From NCBI GenBank assembly GCA_045532555.1, contig JAZSGD010000192.1, forward strand, positions 1-39,858: a stretch of DNA of 39,858 nucleotides, read 5' to 3'. A program made the translations under genes and the position numbers. Shown in pieces: positions 9,771 through 17,175 of this stretch. Within the stretch, counting starts at the first letter, position 1. Each line of letters starts with the position of its first letter. The stretch comes from Eubacteriales bacterium. Lineage in GTDB: Bacteria > Bacillota > Clostridia > Oscillospirales > CAG-272. The notes below the pieces were generated by a model, which was not told the DNA's origin, did not search any database, and saw nothing but the letters and a program-made list of their open reading frames with translations.

Positions 9771-11117
9771 ATGAAATTGATAAAAAAGATCACGGGGCTT
9801 TTATTTGTTGTTGTCATTATTATGTGCTTTGTCATCAGCGTAAATGCAGAGGACAGTACGAGTCTTTACGGAACTTCATCGTCTGTGATTGTTGGCGAGG
9901 AGAAAAAAACACCTGTATCCTGCGGACTTGACGTTATTGCTGCTAAGAACGATATGGTGCTTGCGGGAATAAAGGGAAACGAGCTTGTTTTTTCGGCGGA
10001 TCGGTTTGCTTGTGCGATGAATCTTTCAAAGGTTGATTATATAGTTATCACGCGCTTGCCTGATGCGGTTTGCGGCTCGCTTTATATCGGTAGCGAGGGT
10101 GTTTCTTTGAATCAAAAGCTGACTGCCGCGGAGATCGGTCTTATGACCTTTGAGGAGTCGAGCGTTGGGTCGGGAAATAATGCTTCTTTTGATTTTACTG
10201 TGAACGGAAGTGCTTACGAGATAAGCTGCAACATTTATATGCTTGAAGAAGTGAATTATTCGCCCACGTTAAGCCTTGCCGCGTATGCTTCTTTAAATGC
10301 TGAAACCTATAAGGGAATGCGTGTTTCGGGTGTGCTATCTGCGTATGATCCCGAAGGCGACGAGCTTAAATATGAGATCGTCAAATATCCTGCTAATGGC
10401 ACAATAGTTATTGAAGACGAGGCTCTTGGAACGTATACTTATTATCCTGAGGCTTCTTTTACGGGAGAAGACAGCTTCAGCTACGTTGTTTGCGATAAGT
10501 ATGGTAATTACAGCGCATCCGCAGAGGTCTCGGTGCGTGTTTCAGCGCCGAGCATATCTACGGTATACCGCGACCTGATGAATGATTCGCTCCAGTGCTA
10601 TGCGACTGCCGTAACAGAAAACGGTCTTATGAACGGTATTCAAGTGGGTAACTATTATTATTTTGAAGCCGACAGAGAAGTGACACGTGCTGAATTCTTG
10701 GTTACTGCTATGAATGCGGTCGGCATAAAGAACGTGCCTGAGGTGTCTTCGACCGTATTTGCTGACGACGAGGAAATAGGTGCGGAAATGAAGGGATACG
10801 TTGAGCTTGCTTACACGATGGGATACATAAGCGGCAGTAAAATTGACGGCAAGCTTTATTTCAAACCCGATGAAAGTATTAAGTTGTCCGAGGCGGCAGT
10901 CATCATAAGTAATATGATAGGTTATGCGGAGGCGAAGGTTACTACTGTTTTTGCCGACGCTGATGCGATACCGTCGTGGTCGAGCAAGGCAGTGGAATCG
11001 CTTTACACTCTTGGCATTATTGAGTCTGCCGATATGGTGTCGGGAGCAGGAGAGAACGTAACGAGGGGCAATATGGCAAAGCTTCTTGCGAGAACGATGC
11101 TGGTTATAGGGAAGTGA
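9771..11117 (+). CDS. secreted cell-surface protein with an Ig/cadherin-like domain and C-terminal SLH repeats
   Basis: Signal peptide MKLIKKITGLLFVVVIIMCFVISVNA. Segment YDPEGDELKYEIVKYPANGTIV...GEDSFSYVV looks like a bacterial cadherin-like/Ig repeat. C-terminal SLH-like segments include VTRAEFLVTAM and NVTRGNMAKLLART. GGAGGAGAGG RBS precedes ATG 9771. Confidence 0.75.
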   Translation: MKLIKKITGLLFVVVIIMCFVISVNAEDSTSLYGTSSSVIVGEEKKTPVSCGLDVIAAKNDMVLAGIKGNELVFSADRFACAMNLSKVDYIVITRLPDAVCGSLYIGSEGVSLNQKLTAAEIGLMTFEESSVGSGNNASFDFTVNGSAYEISCNIYMLEEVNYSPTLSLAAYASLNAETYKGMRVSGVLSAYDPEGDELKYEIVKYPANGTIVIEDEALGTYTYYPEASFTGEDSFSYVVCDKYGNYSASAEVSVRVSAPSISTVYRDLMNDSLQCYATAVTENGLMNGIQVGNYYYFEADREVTRAEFLVTAMNAVGIKNVPEVSSTVFADDEEIGAEMKGYVELAYTMGYISGSKIDGKLYFKPDESIKLSEAAVIISNMIGYAEAKVTTVFADADAIPSWSSKAVESLYTLGIIESADMVSGAGENVTRGNMAKLLARTMLVIGK

Positions 11118-11183
11118 TATGGCTCTTTGAAAATATTTTGACTGTTCATCAAAAAAGCATTTAGCACCGAATCAAATAGTCAA

Positions 11184-11217
11184 CCGCCGAGAGCGACCAA
11201 ACGGTTACTCTCGGCGG
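11184..11217. terminator. terminator between the convergent SLH-protein and sigma-factor genes
   Basis: 10-bp GC-rich stem CCGCCGAGAG/CTCTCGGCGG, followed by AATTTTGTT on the plus strand. Confidence 0.7.
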
Positions 11218-11234
11218 AATTTTGTTGAGTTTTC

Positions 11235-12770
11235 TTAAAGATAAATATACGCTCCGATCGTATTGATGGTATTATCGTCGTATTTGAGCCAACCGTTATG
11301 TAAAGCTTGCTCAACAACATAACCGCGAGAAATTTCGGGAGCCTGATTAAACAAGATACCGATCTCTCTGTTCAATGAGGTTAGCTTCTCGGATGCCTCG
11401 TCATTTAGCGTTATTTCTGCGTTCTCATCAAAAATAACAATGCTTGGAACGATCGCCCCATAATTTTTTAAATAGCCGTATTCAAGCAGCTTATCAATAT
11501 GTCTATCCTCGCATTCTGTAATGCGTCCGTGACAAGCGAGCCACAGGGTGTATGCCTCATCATATGTTATGTAGTCCGGAGTTTTTTCGCAAATATTATT
11601 AAATCCAAATTTAAACTGCCAAAAATCAATATAATTGTTAATCTCGTCGTCATCATAAGTCATATATCCGTGTCTGCCGACAAACTGGGGAGTATCCCAG
11701 TTGACTGTTTCAAAGCCGGCCAACACCCATGCACCTTCGTTGGGGCGTTGGGGATAAGTCATCTTCAAACTTTCGTTTTTATTGTGCGACAACTGCAAGT
11801 AGTCAAACGCACGAACGAGCAGTGCCCACTTTGCAGCCTCATAACCGATATGATCAAAATTAATTTTAGAACCATCTTCACGGACATATATGTCGATGAG
11901 TTCGCAGATCTTGTCTGTGAGAGCCTTTTGCACTTTGATATTAGCTTCGTGTTTTTTACGTTGCTCCTCTCTGCTGATTATGGGAAATGCGGTCTGATAC
12001 TTATTGGCGGTCTTTGTCATCAGCTGCTCACGGACAAGGTATTCAAGCTCATCCTCCATATAAGGAAGAGCGATTCCCAATTCAAGTGACAATTCCTCTG
12101 CGGTTTGAGGATTTTCATATGCTTCAAGGAAAATATTTTTATACAGCATATGATTAACGATAGTCCAAGGTTGACCGTTTTTGCCGTCTCTGCCGTTTTT
12201 GGAGAAAAATATGTTCTCCGGATTATAACTTCTTTTACCAAATTCTCTTGCCATATCCATACCTTCTTTCAAAATTTGTCTTGCACGGAGAAGCCGTGAC
12301 TTCACCGTGTTTGTTGGAAGTGAGAGCAATTCTGCAATTTCACGAACGGATTTGTTTTCTATGTAATAGGCAACGACTATATTGCGGTAATCGCTTTTGA
12401 TGAACGCCAGCTCTCGCCGAAGCAGAGCCATTTGCTCTGTATGTACCATTTCATCAAGGATATTTTCGCTTTCGTCCTCGATCTCATAATCGACGATGTC
12501 GGAACCGGTTACCGATTCGTTTCGACTATGCTTTTCCTTCGCCCATACGGAGTAACGGTTGCGCGCAATCTGCCATACCCACGCCGAAAAGCTTGTCGGA
12601 ATCGTGCCTTTGTTCAAAGCCGTGACGATTTGAAGCGCGATATCCTGTGTCAGATCTTCAGCTTCAATATGATTTCCCGTCTTTTTCAAACAGAAGTAAA
12701 ACAGCTTCTCCATATAGTTTTCGACAAATTCACCCATAAGCCGATCGCGCATTTCGTTCGTTTCTTGCAT
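11235..12770 (-). CDS. sigma-70 family (ECF-like) RNA polymerase sigma factor with a ~330-aa C-terminal extension
   Basis: Region 2 reads EDLTQDIALQIV...WVWQIARNRY. Region 4 HTH reads SVREIAELLSLPTNTVKSRLLRARQIL. About 330 further residues follow with no TM segment. AGGAGG RBS lies 7 nt before ATG 12770. Confidence 0.8.
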   Translation of the reverse strand: MQETNEMRDRLMGEFVENYMEKLFYFCLKKTGNHIEAEDLTQDIALQIVTALNKGTIPTSFSAWVWQIARNRYSVWAKEKHSRNESVTGSDIVDYEIEDESENILDEMVHTEQMALLRRELAFIKSDYRNIVVAYYIENKSVREIAELLSLPTNTVKSRLLRARQILKEGMDMAREFGKRSYNPENIFFSKNGRDGKNGQPWTIVNHMLYKNIFLEAYENPQTAEELSLELGIALPYMEDELEYLVREQLMTKTANKYQTAFPIISREEQRKKHEANIKVQKALTDKICELIDIYVREDGSKINFDHIGYEAAKWALLVRAFDYLQLSHNKNESLKMTYPQRPNEGAWVLAGFETVNWDTPQFVGRHGYMTYDDDEINNYIDFWQFKFGFNNICEKTPDYITYDEAYTLWLACHGRITECEDRHIDKLLEYGYLKNYGAIVPSIVIFDENAEITLNDEASEKLTSLNREIGILFNQAPEISRGYVVEQALHNGWLKYDDNTINTIGAYIYL

Positions 12771-12833
12771 TTTCTCGCCTCCTTTCACTCATATAGTGTG
12801 GCATTTTTGAATTTGGGTGCATTGGTTTATAAA

Positions 12834-12842
12834 ATTATATCA
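12834..12842 (-). promoter_or_regulatory. extended -10 promoter (proximal) for the sigma-factor gene
   Basis: Minus strand reads TGATATAAT, 64 nt upstream of ATG 12770. Confidence 0.45.
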
Positions 12843-12945
12843 TAAAGACAACGTCAGTTGTCTGTGCAGTAGGCTATGATATCAATGAAAGCTTCTTACA
12901 GCGTGTCAACGCCGCAAGGCATCGTTGACACATTAATTTGCTTTT

Positions 12946-12954
12946 ATTATATCA
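12946..12954 (-). promoter_or_regulatory. second (distal) copy of the same extended -10 element
   Basis: Minus strand reads TGATATAAT inside a duplicated 14-mer (CTTTATGATATAAT), 112 bp upstream of the proximal copy. Confidence 0.35.
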
Positions 12955-12985
12955 TAAAGTTGTGAATTAGTCTATAACAAATAAA

Positions 12986-13003
12986 GCCCCGCTTTCGCGG
13001 GGC
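12986..13003 (-). terminator. intrinsic terminator after the XRE regulator 13010..13822
   Basis: GCCCCGC-tttc-GCGGGGC lies 6 nt after the stop, followed by TTTATTTGTT on the minus strand. Confidence 0.75.
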
Positions 13004-13009
13004 GAGAGA

Positions 13010-13822
13010 TTATTTGCTTAGCAATTTTTCTATTTCCTTGCGTTGTTCGCCCGTATAGTCATAAACGGTAGCTTTGAACCATTTGCTTTCAACAAAATCT
13101 TCTTTGAAAGCATCCATGATTTTCAGCGCAATTCTAAGTTGAGAATTTGCCTTTTCGTATTCACCGTTTTCTCTTAAACGCTTGCCTATAATGATCAGCA
13201 TATCTATCAGGTCCTCTGCAGAGATGTTCTTTTGTTTGTGCGCTGCCTCATAGCTATCCTCTCCATCCAAAAGGGATGCCATAAGCTCCAATTTTGAAAA
13301 ATAGATCTCGGGAATTATTTCAAGGGTGGGCTTTATCATATCGTTCTGCCCGTTTTCCTTATAGCAGGTTGCGAGAATACGGCACGCATCATATTTCACC
13401 GAATCATCCTTAGTGGATTCAATGAGTGTTTTGCAAAGGGAGATCACCTCGTCGGCTCTCGTTTTATAATCCAATGTATAGAGCAGATTATTTAATATAA
13501 TGTCATTTCCGGGGAATCTCTGCAACCCTTTGCGCAAAATTCGCTCTGATTTCGCGCCATCAGTAAAACGATATTTATATGCTTCATTGCAGATCTCGTC
13601 GACCTGCTTCTCAATTTCAAATAGATTGAAATCAAAAAGCTCGTCGGTTGAAACGCCAAAAAAGGATGCGATTGCGGGAATCATCGTTATGTCGGGCATC
13701 GTATTGCCGGTTTCCCATTTTGAAACAGCCTGAAATGATACTCCAAGATAGTTTGCAAAAACCTCTTGAGATATGTTTTTCTGTTTTCTTAAGGATTTGA
13801 TTTTTTCTCCAAGTTTAATCAT
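13010..13822 (-). CDS. XRE-family HTH transcriptional regulator with a helical (TPR-like) C-terminal domain
   Basis: HTH segment SQEVFANYLGVSFQAVSKWETGNTMPD is followed by ~200 aa of helical repeat-like sequence. GGAGG RBS precedes ATG 13822. The longer ORF-track start at 13903 is unlikely. Confidence 0.8.
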   Translation of the reverse strand: MIKLGEKIKSLRKQKNISQEVFANYLGVSFQAVSKWETGNTMPDITMIPAIASFFGVSTDELFDFNLFEIEKQVDEICNEAYKYRFTDGAKSERILRKGLQRFPGNDIILNNLLYTLDYKTRADEVISLCKTLIESTKDDSVKYDACRILATCYKENGQNDMIKPTLEIIPEIYFSKLELMASLLDGEDSYEAAHKQKNISAEDLIDMLIIIGKRLRENGEYEKANSQLRIALKIMDAFKEDFVESKWFKATVYDYTGEQRKEIEKLLSK

Positions 13823-13867
13823 AGTATTACCTCCAGATTGTTTTGGATCAGCGCTTATCCTAATACT

Positions 13868-13876
13868 ATTATAGCA
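13868..13876 (-). promoter_or_regulatory. extended -10 promoter for the XRE regulator 13010..13822
   Basis: Minus strand reads TGCTATAAT, with its 3' edge 46 nt from the ATG. Confidence 0.5.
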
Positions 13877-13982
13877 CATACTTTTATAAAAACAATAACT
13901 CATTTGGAGAGAAATTTTCTAACGCAAGTTGAATTTGCTTGGAGAAATATGTTTTTTATCAGAATTTTCTTATATATGAAAA

Positions 13983-14010
13983 ACACCGCCGAGAAAGCTC
14001 TTGGCGGTGT
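13983..14010 (-). terminator. intrinsic terminator after the 14041..14460 gene
   Basis: 12-bp stem with one G-U pair and a 4-nt loop, followed by TTTTTCAT on the minus strand. Confidence 0.75.
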
Positions 14011-14040
14011 TTGTTCTGATATAAAAAGGGAAGTTATGTA

Positions 14041-14460
14041 TTATTTCAGTTCGCTCTTGACCTTTTCTACCCAAGCGAGAATGTCGGTCTTTTCAGCATC
14101 GGTTACCTTGGAATCAAAGAGTCCCATGGTGATCTTCATAGTGTCCTCGATAACGTTGGTGCCTGCCTCGCGGAGAAGCTCTTTAGTCTTTTCAACACAA
14201 GCATCGTCTCCTGCGCTAAGGATAGCTACGTTTGCAGCGCCCGCCTTGCTGAGTCTTCCAAGGAAGAGTCTGTAATCGTCGGGAAGTGCCTTTTTAATAT
14301 TTATTGCGAGGATAACGATTCTTTCCTTATCGCATGGATATGCAGGGGGAATTCTGTCGACAGCGTTAACGCTGAGATCGTATTCCGCTTTGATCATGTT
14401 ACCGATAGCGAGAAGCTTCTTCTTCTCGGGGTAGCAAAGTACTCTCATTTTGATTGCCAT
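14041..14460 (-). CDS. hypothetical protein (139 aa, alpha/beta flavodoxin-like pattern)
   Basis: GGAGGA RBS precedes ATG 14460. The gene has its own promoter-like element and terminator. I recognise no diagnostic motif. Confidence 0.5.
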   Translation of the reverse strand: MAIKMRVLCYPEKKKLLAIGNMIKAEYDLSVNAVDRIPPAYPCDKERIVILAINIKKALPDDYRLFLGRLSKAGAANVAILSAGDDACVEKTKELLREAGTNVIEDTMKITMGLFDSKVTDAEKTDILAWVEKVKSELK

Positions 14461-14505
14461 TGTTATGTCCTCCATTATCACGGCTCGTGTCCGTATCTTT
14501 AATTA

Positions 14506-14534
14506 ATTGTATCATAGTTTAAAGAAAATTGCAA
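14506..14534 (-). promoter_or_regulatory. sigma-A promoter candidate for the 14041..14460 gene
   Basis: Minus strand reads TTGCAA, a 17-nt spacer ending in TGA, then TACAAT. Confidence 0.45.
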
Positions 14535-14611
14535 ACGTTTTACAACAAAAATGACATTTTTGGAGATTTCAACATAATTTTTCTTTAAATTTGTGTATAA
14601 TCACGATGTTT

Positions 14612-15340
14612 TTATTTGAATTCGATGAGATGCTTATCGTACACGCGGTTTCTCATGATGCGATAGCTATCTGTATCTGCATCCGAGCCGAAAAGTCCGT
14701 TCTCCTTTATCGCGGTGACGATATACTCGGGGTTGAGGTTTTCGGTGCTTCCTGCGGAGAGGATAGTATTGATCGTCATCTGTCCTGCGGAGGCATTGAA
14801 CGAAATTTTTTTGATAAACGTGGTTATATCAACGTCCTTTTCGCCCGATTTTGACTTTTTCTTCATAATTATGGGCGATGAGAATAGAGCAGCCGCCTTT
14901 TTCTCGGTTTCCTCGTTGATCTTGGGAGATTTAAGGGTTATTGTATAGTCGGAGTACGCGATATCCGCGAATTTGGTTGACGGATAGTAAGCCTCAAGCA
15001 CGTACATCTCGTCGGTGAGGTGCGAATTCAGACGTTCCTTTATTTCTTCAAGACTTATTTTGCGCTCTATCTTGAGGTCTGCCATTTCGCACATGCTCTC
15101 GGTACCAACCGACAGCGGAACTCCGAAAACGAGCTTTGCGTGAGGGTTGAAGCCCTTTGTGTACCACATAGGGATAGCGGCTCTTACTAAAACTCTGTGG
15201 AAGGTCCTTTGAAGATCGAGGTGCGAGATGAACTGAAGATTTCCTATCTTGCAGAATTTTATTCTTACGGTTTCGGGGGCTTCAAGCATAGGGAGGTCGA
15301 GCTTTTTTGCCCCAGGTCTTATTTTCTTTTCGGACAGCAC
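14612..15340 (-). CDS. TIGR03936/DUF2344-type radical SAM-associated protein
   Basis: FISHLDLQRTFHRVLVRA is a DUF2344-like N-terminal motif. The ORF overlaps the end of the upstream radical SAM gene by 22 nt. An alternative start is M18 at 15289. Confidence 0.7.
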   Translation of the reverse strand: MLSEKKIRPGAKKLDLPMLEAPETVRIKFCKIGNLQFISHLDLQRTFHRVLVRAAIPMWYTKGFNPHAKLVFGVPLSVGTESMCEMADLKIERKISLEEIKERLNSHLTDEMYVLEAYYPSTKFADIAYSDYTITLKSPKINEETEKKAAALFSSPIIMKKKSKSGEKDVDITTFIKKISFNASAGQMTINTILSAGSTENLNPEYIVTAIKENGLFGSDADTDSYRIMRNRVYDKHLIEFK

Positions 15341-17175
15341 GATCTTTCACCTCCAAGCTTATTTGCACCGCATCCCGAGCATTTTTCGCGGCAGTTGGGC
15401 GTGGTCGAGCCCTCATGAGCCTTTTTGCTTTCTCTGATAAGGAATTCCTTGGTTACGCCGCAATCGATGATATCCCAAGGAAGAATCTCGTCGTACGAAT
15501 AGCGTCTGTTGGCGTAAAACGTGGGATCAACGCCCGTTCGCTCAAATACGGACATCCACTTATCGAAATCGAAATATTCGCTCCACGCATCAAATTTGAA
15601 GCCTTCTCGGCAGGCGAGCTCGAGCGCGGGGGCAAGTCTACGGTCTCCACGAGCCAATACTGCCTCTATGCAACATATTTCCGCCTCGTGATGCTGATAC
15701 TTGATCTTTCTGTCAGTAACGCATTTACCGATGAATTCCTGCTTTTCCTTAATGACCTCGAGGGTGTCCTGAGGCTCCCACTGGAAGGGAGTGAATGGCT
15801 TGGGAATAAAGGGAGACACGCTGAACGTGACCTGCGGTGATTTTGCACGGTTTCGGTTGGGATTAGCGTAAAAGGCTTCGATTACCTTTTTAGCAAGTGT
15901 GGGAATACCTATAAGATCCTCTTCGGTTTCTGTGGGGAGTCCCTGCATAAAATAGAGTTTGACTTGTGTCTTTCCTGCATCAAATGCTACGTTAACGGCT
16001 CTCATGAGATCGTCCTCTTCGACGTTCTTGTTTATAACGTCACGAAGTCTTTGAGTGCCTGCTTCGGGAGCAAAGGTGAGGGAAGAAGAGCGAACAGATG
16101 CAACCTTTTCCATAAGCTCCTTTGTAAAGCTATCGACGCGCAGGGACGGTAGCGAGAAGCTGACCATATTTTCTTGCGTCCAATCGAGAAGCTTGTCCGT
16201 AAGCTCGGGGAGCCCCGTATAGTCGCTGATAGAAAGCGAGGCGAGAGATATTTCCTCGTATCCCGTGTTTTCAAATATGCACTTTGCTTGTTCGTTAAGG
16301 AGATCGGGTGATTTTTCACGAACGGGGCGATAAATTATGCCCGCCTGGCAGAAGCGACAGCCTCTGATACATCCTCTGAAGACCTCGAGCATAATTCTAT
16401 CGTGAACCACCTCGGTGTAGGGCATAATAGCATAGTCCGGGAAGGGAGCTTTGTCAAGATCCTCAACTATACGTTTGGTTATTTTCGTGGGAATATCGTC
16501 GTATATTGGGGTATATGCCTTTATCGTTCCGTCATCGTTATATTCGACGTTATACAAAGACGGCACATATACACCAGGGATTGTTTTGGCTGCTTCATGA
16601 AGGAAAGCTGCCTTGGTGTATCTTCCTTCGTCCTTCATCTTTATGTAGAGACGGACTATTTCTACAAGGAGGCTTTCTCCCTCGCCGATGTTGAAGAGAT
16701 CAAAGAAATCTGCAACGGGTTCGGGATTGTATGCACAAGGACCGCCGCCGATGACTATGGGAAAGTCTTCGCCTCGGTCTGATGCACGGAGGGGAATCTC
16801 GGATAGCTCAAGCATATTCAAGACGTTGGTATAGGACATTTCATACTGAAGCGTGAAGCTGAGAAAATCGAAATCCTTAACGTTATCCTTGCTTTCGTGA
16901 GCCCAAAGTGGAATTTTGTGCTCCGCCATTTTTTCCTGCATATCTACCCACGGGTCATACACTCTTTCGCACCAGATGTCCTCCTCACGATTGAGGCAAT
17001 CGTAAAGGATTCTGACGCCAAGATTGGACATGCCTATTTCGTAGGTGTCGGGGAAGGCAAAGGCGAATCTTGCCTTGATCTTTGATTTATCCTTGATTAT
17101 CTGACCGTATTCGCCACCCGAATAGCGTCCGGGCTTTGAAACTTGTTTAAGGATCGAGTTCAGTTTATCATTCAT
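15319..17175 (-). CDS. B12-binding-domain radical SAM protein (TIGR03960-like)
   Basis: CxxxCxxC cluster motif CIRGCRFCQAG. The N-terminal region is B12-binding-like. At 618 aa with a DUF2344 partner, it matches the typical arrangement. Confidence 0.85.
   Translation of the reverse strand: MNDKLNSILKQVSKPGRYSGGEYGQIIKDKSKIKARFAFAFPDTYEIGMSNLGVRILYDCLNREEDIWCERVYDPWVDMQEKMAEHKIPLWAHESKDNVKDFDFLSFTLQYEMSYTNVLNMLELSEIPLRASDRGEDFPIVIGGGPCAYNPEPVADFFDLFNIGEGESLLVEIVRLYIKMKDEGRYTKAAFLHEAAKTIPGVYVPSLYNVEYNDDGTIKAYTPIYDDIPTKITKRIVEDLDKAPFPDYAIMPYTEVVHDRIMLEVFRGCIRGCRFCQAGIIYRPVREKSPDLLNEQAKCIFENTGYEEISLASLSISDYTGLPELTDKLLDWTQENMVSFSLPSLRVDSFTKELMEKVASVRSSSLTFAPEAGTQRLRDVINKNVEEDDLMRAVNVAFDAGKTQVKLYFMQGLPTETEEDLIGIPTLAKKVIEAFYANPNRNRAKSPQVTFSVSPFIPKPFTPFQWEPQDTLEVIKEKQEFIGKCVTDRKIKYQHHEAEICCIEAVLARGDRRLAPALELACREGFKFDAWSEYFDFDKWMSVFERTGVDPTFYANRRYSYDEILPWDIIDCGVTKEFLIRESKKAHEGSTTPNCREKCSGCGANKLGGERSCCPKRK

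Noticed and set aside
12874-12965. Short ATG ORFs near the XRE regulators, considered as candidate pheromone peptides: 12876..12965 (+, 29 aa), 12874..12933 (-, 19 aa, MCQRCLAALTRCKKLSLIS) and 34335..34412 (+, 25 aa).
   Set aside because: None has an RBS or a signal-peptide-like N-terminus. They overlap promoter or hairpin elements and are probably fortuitous.
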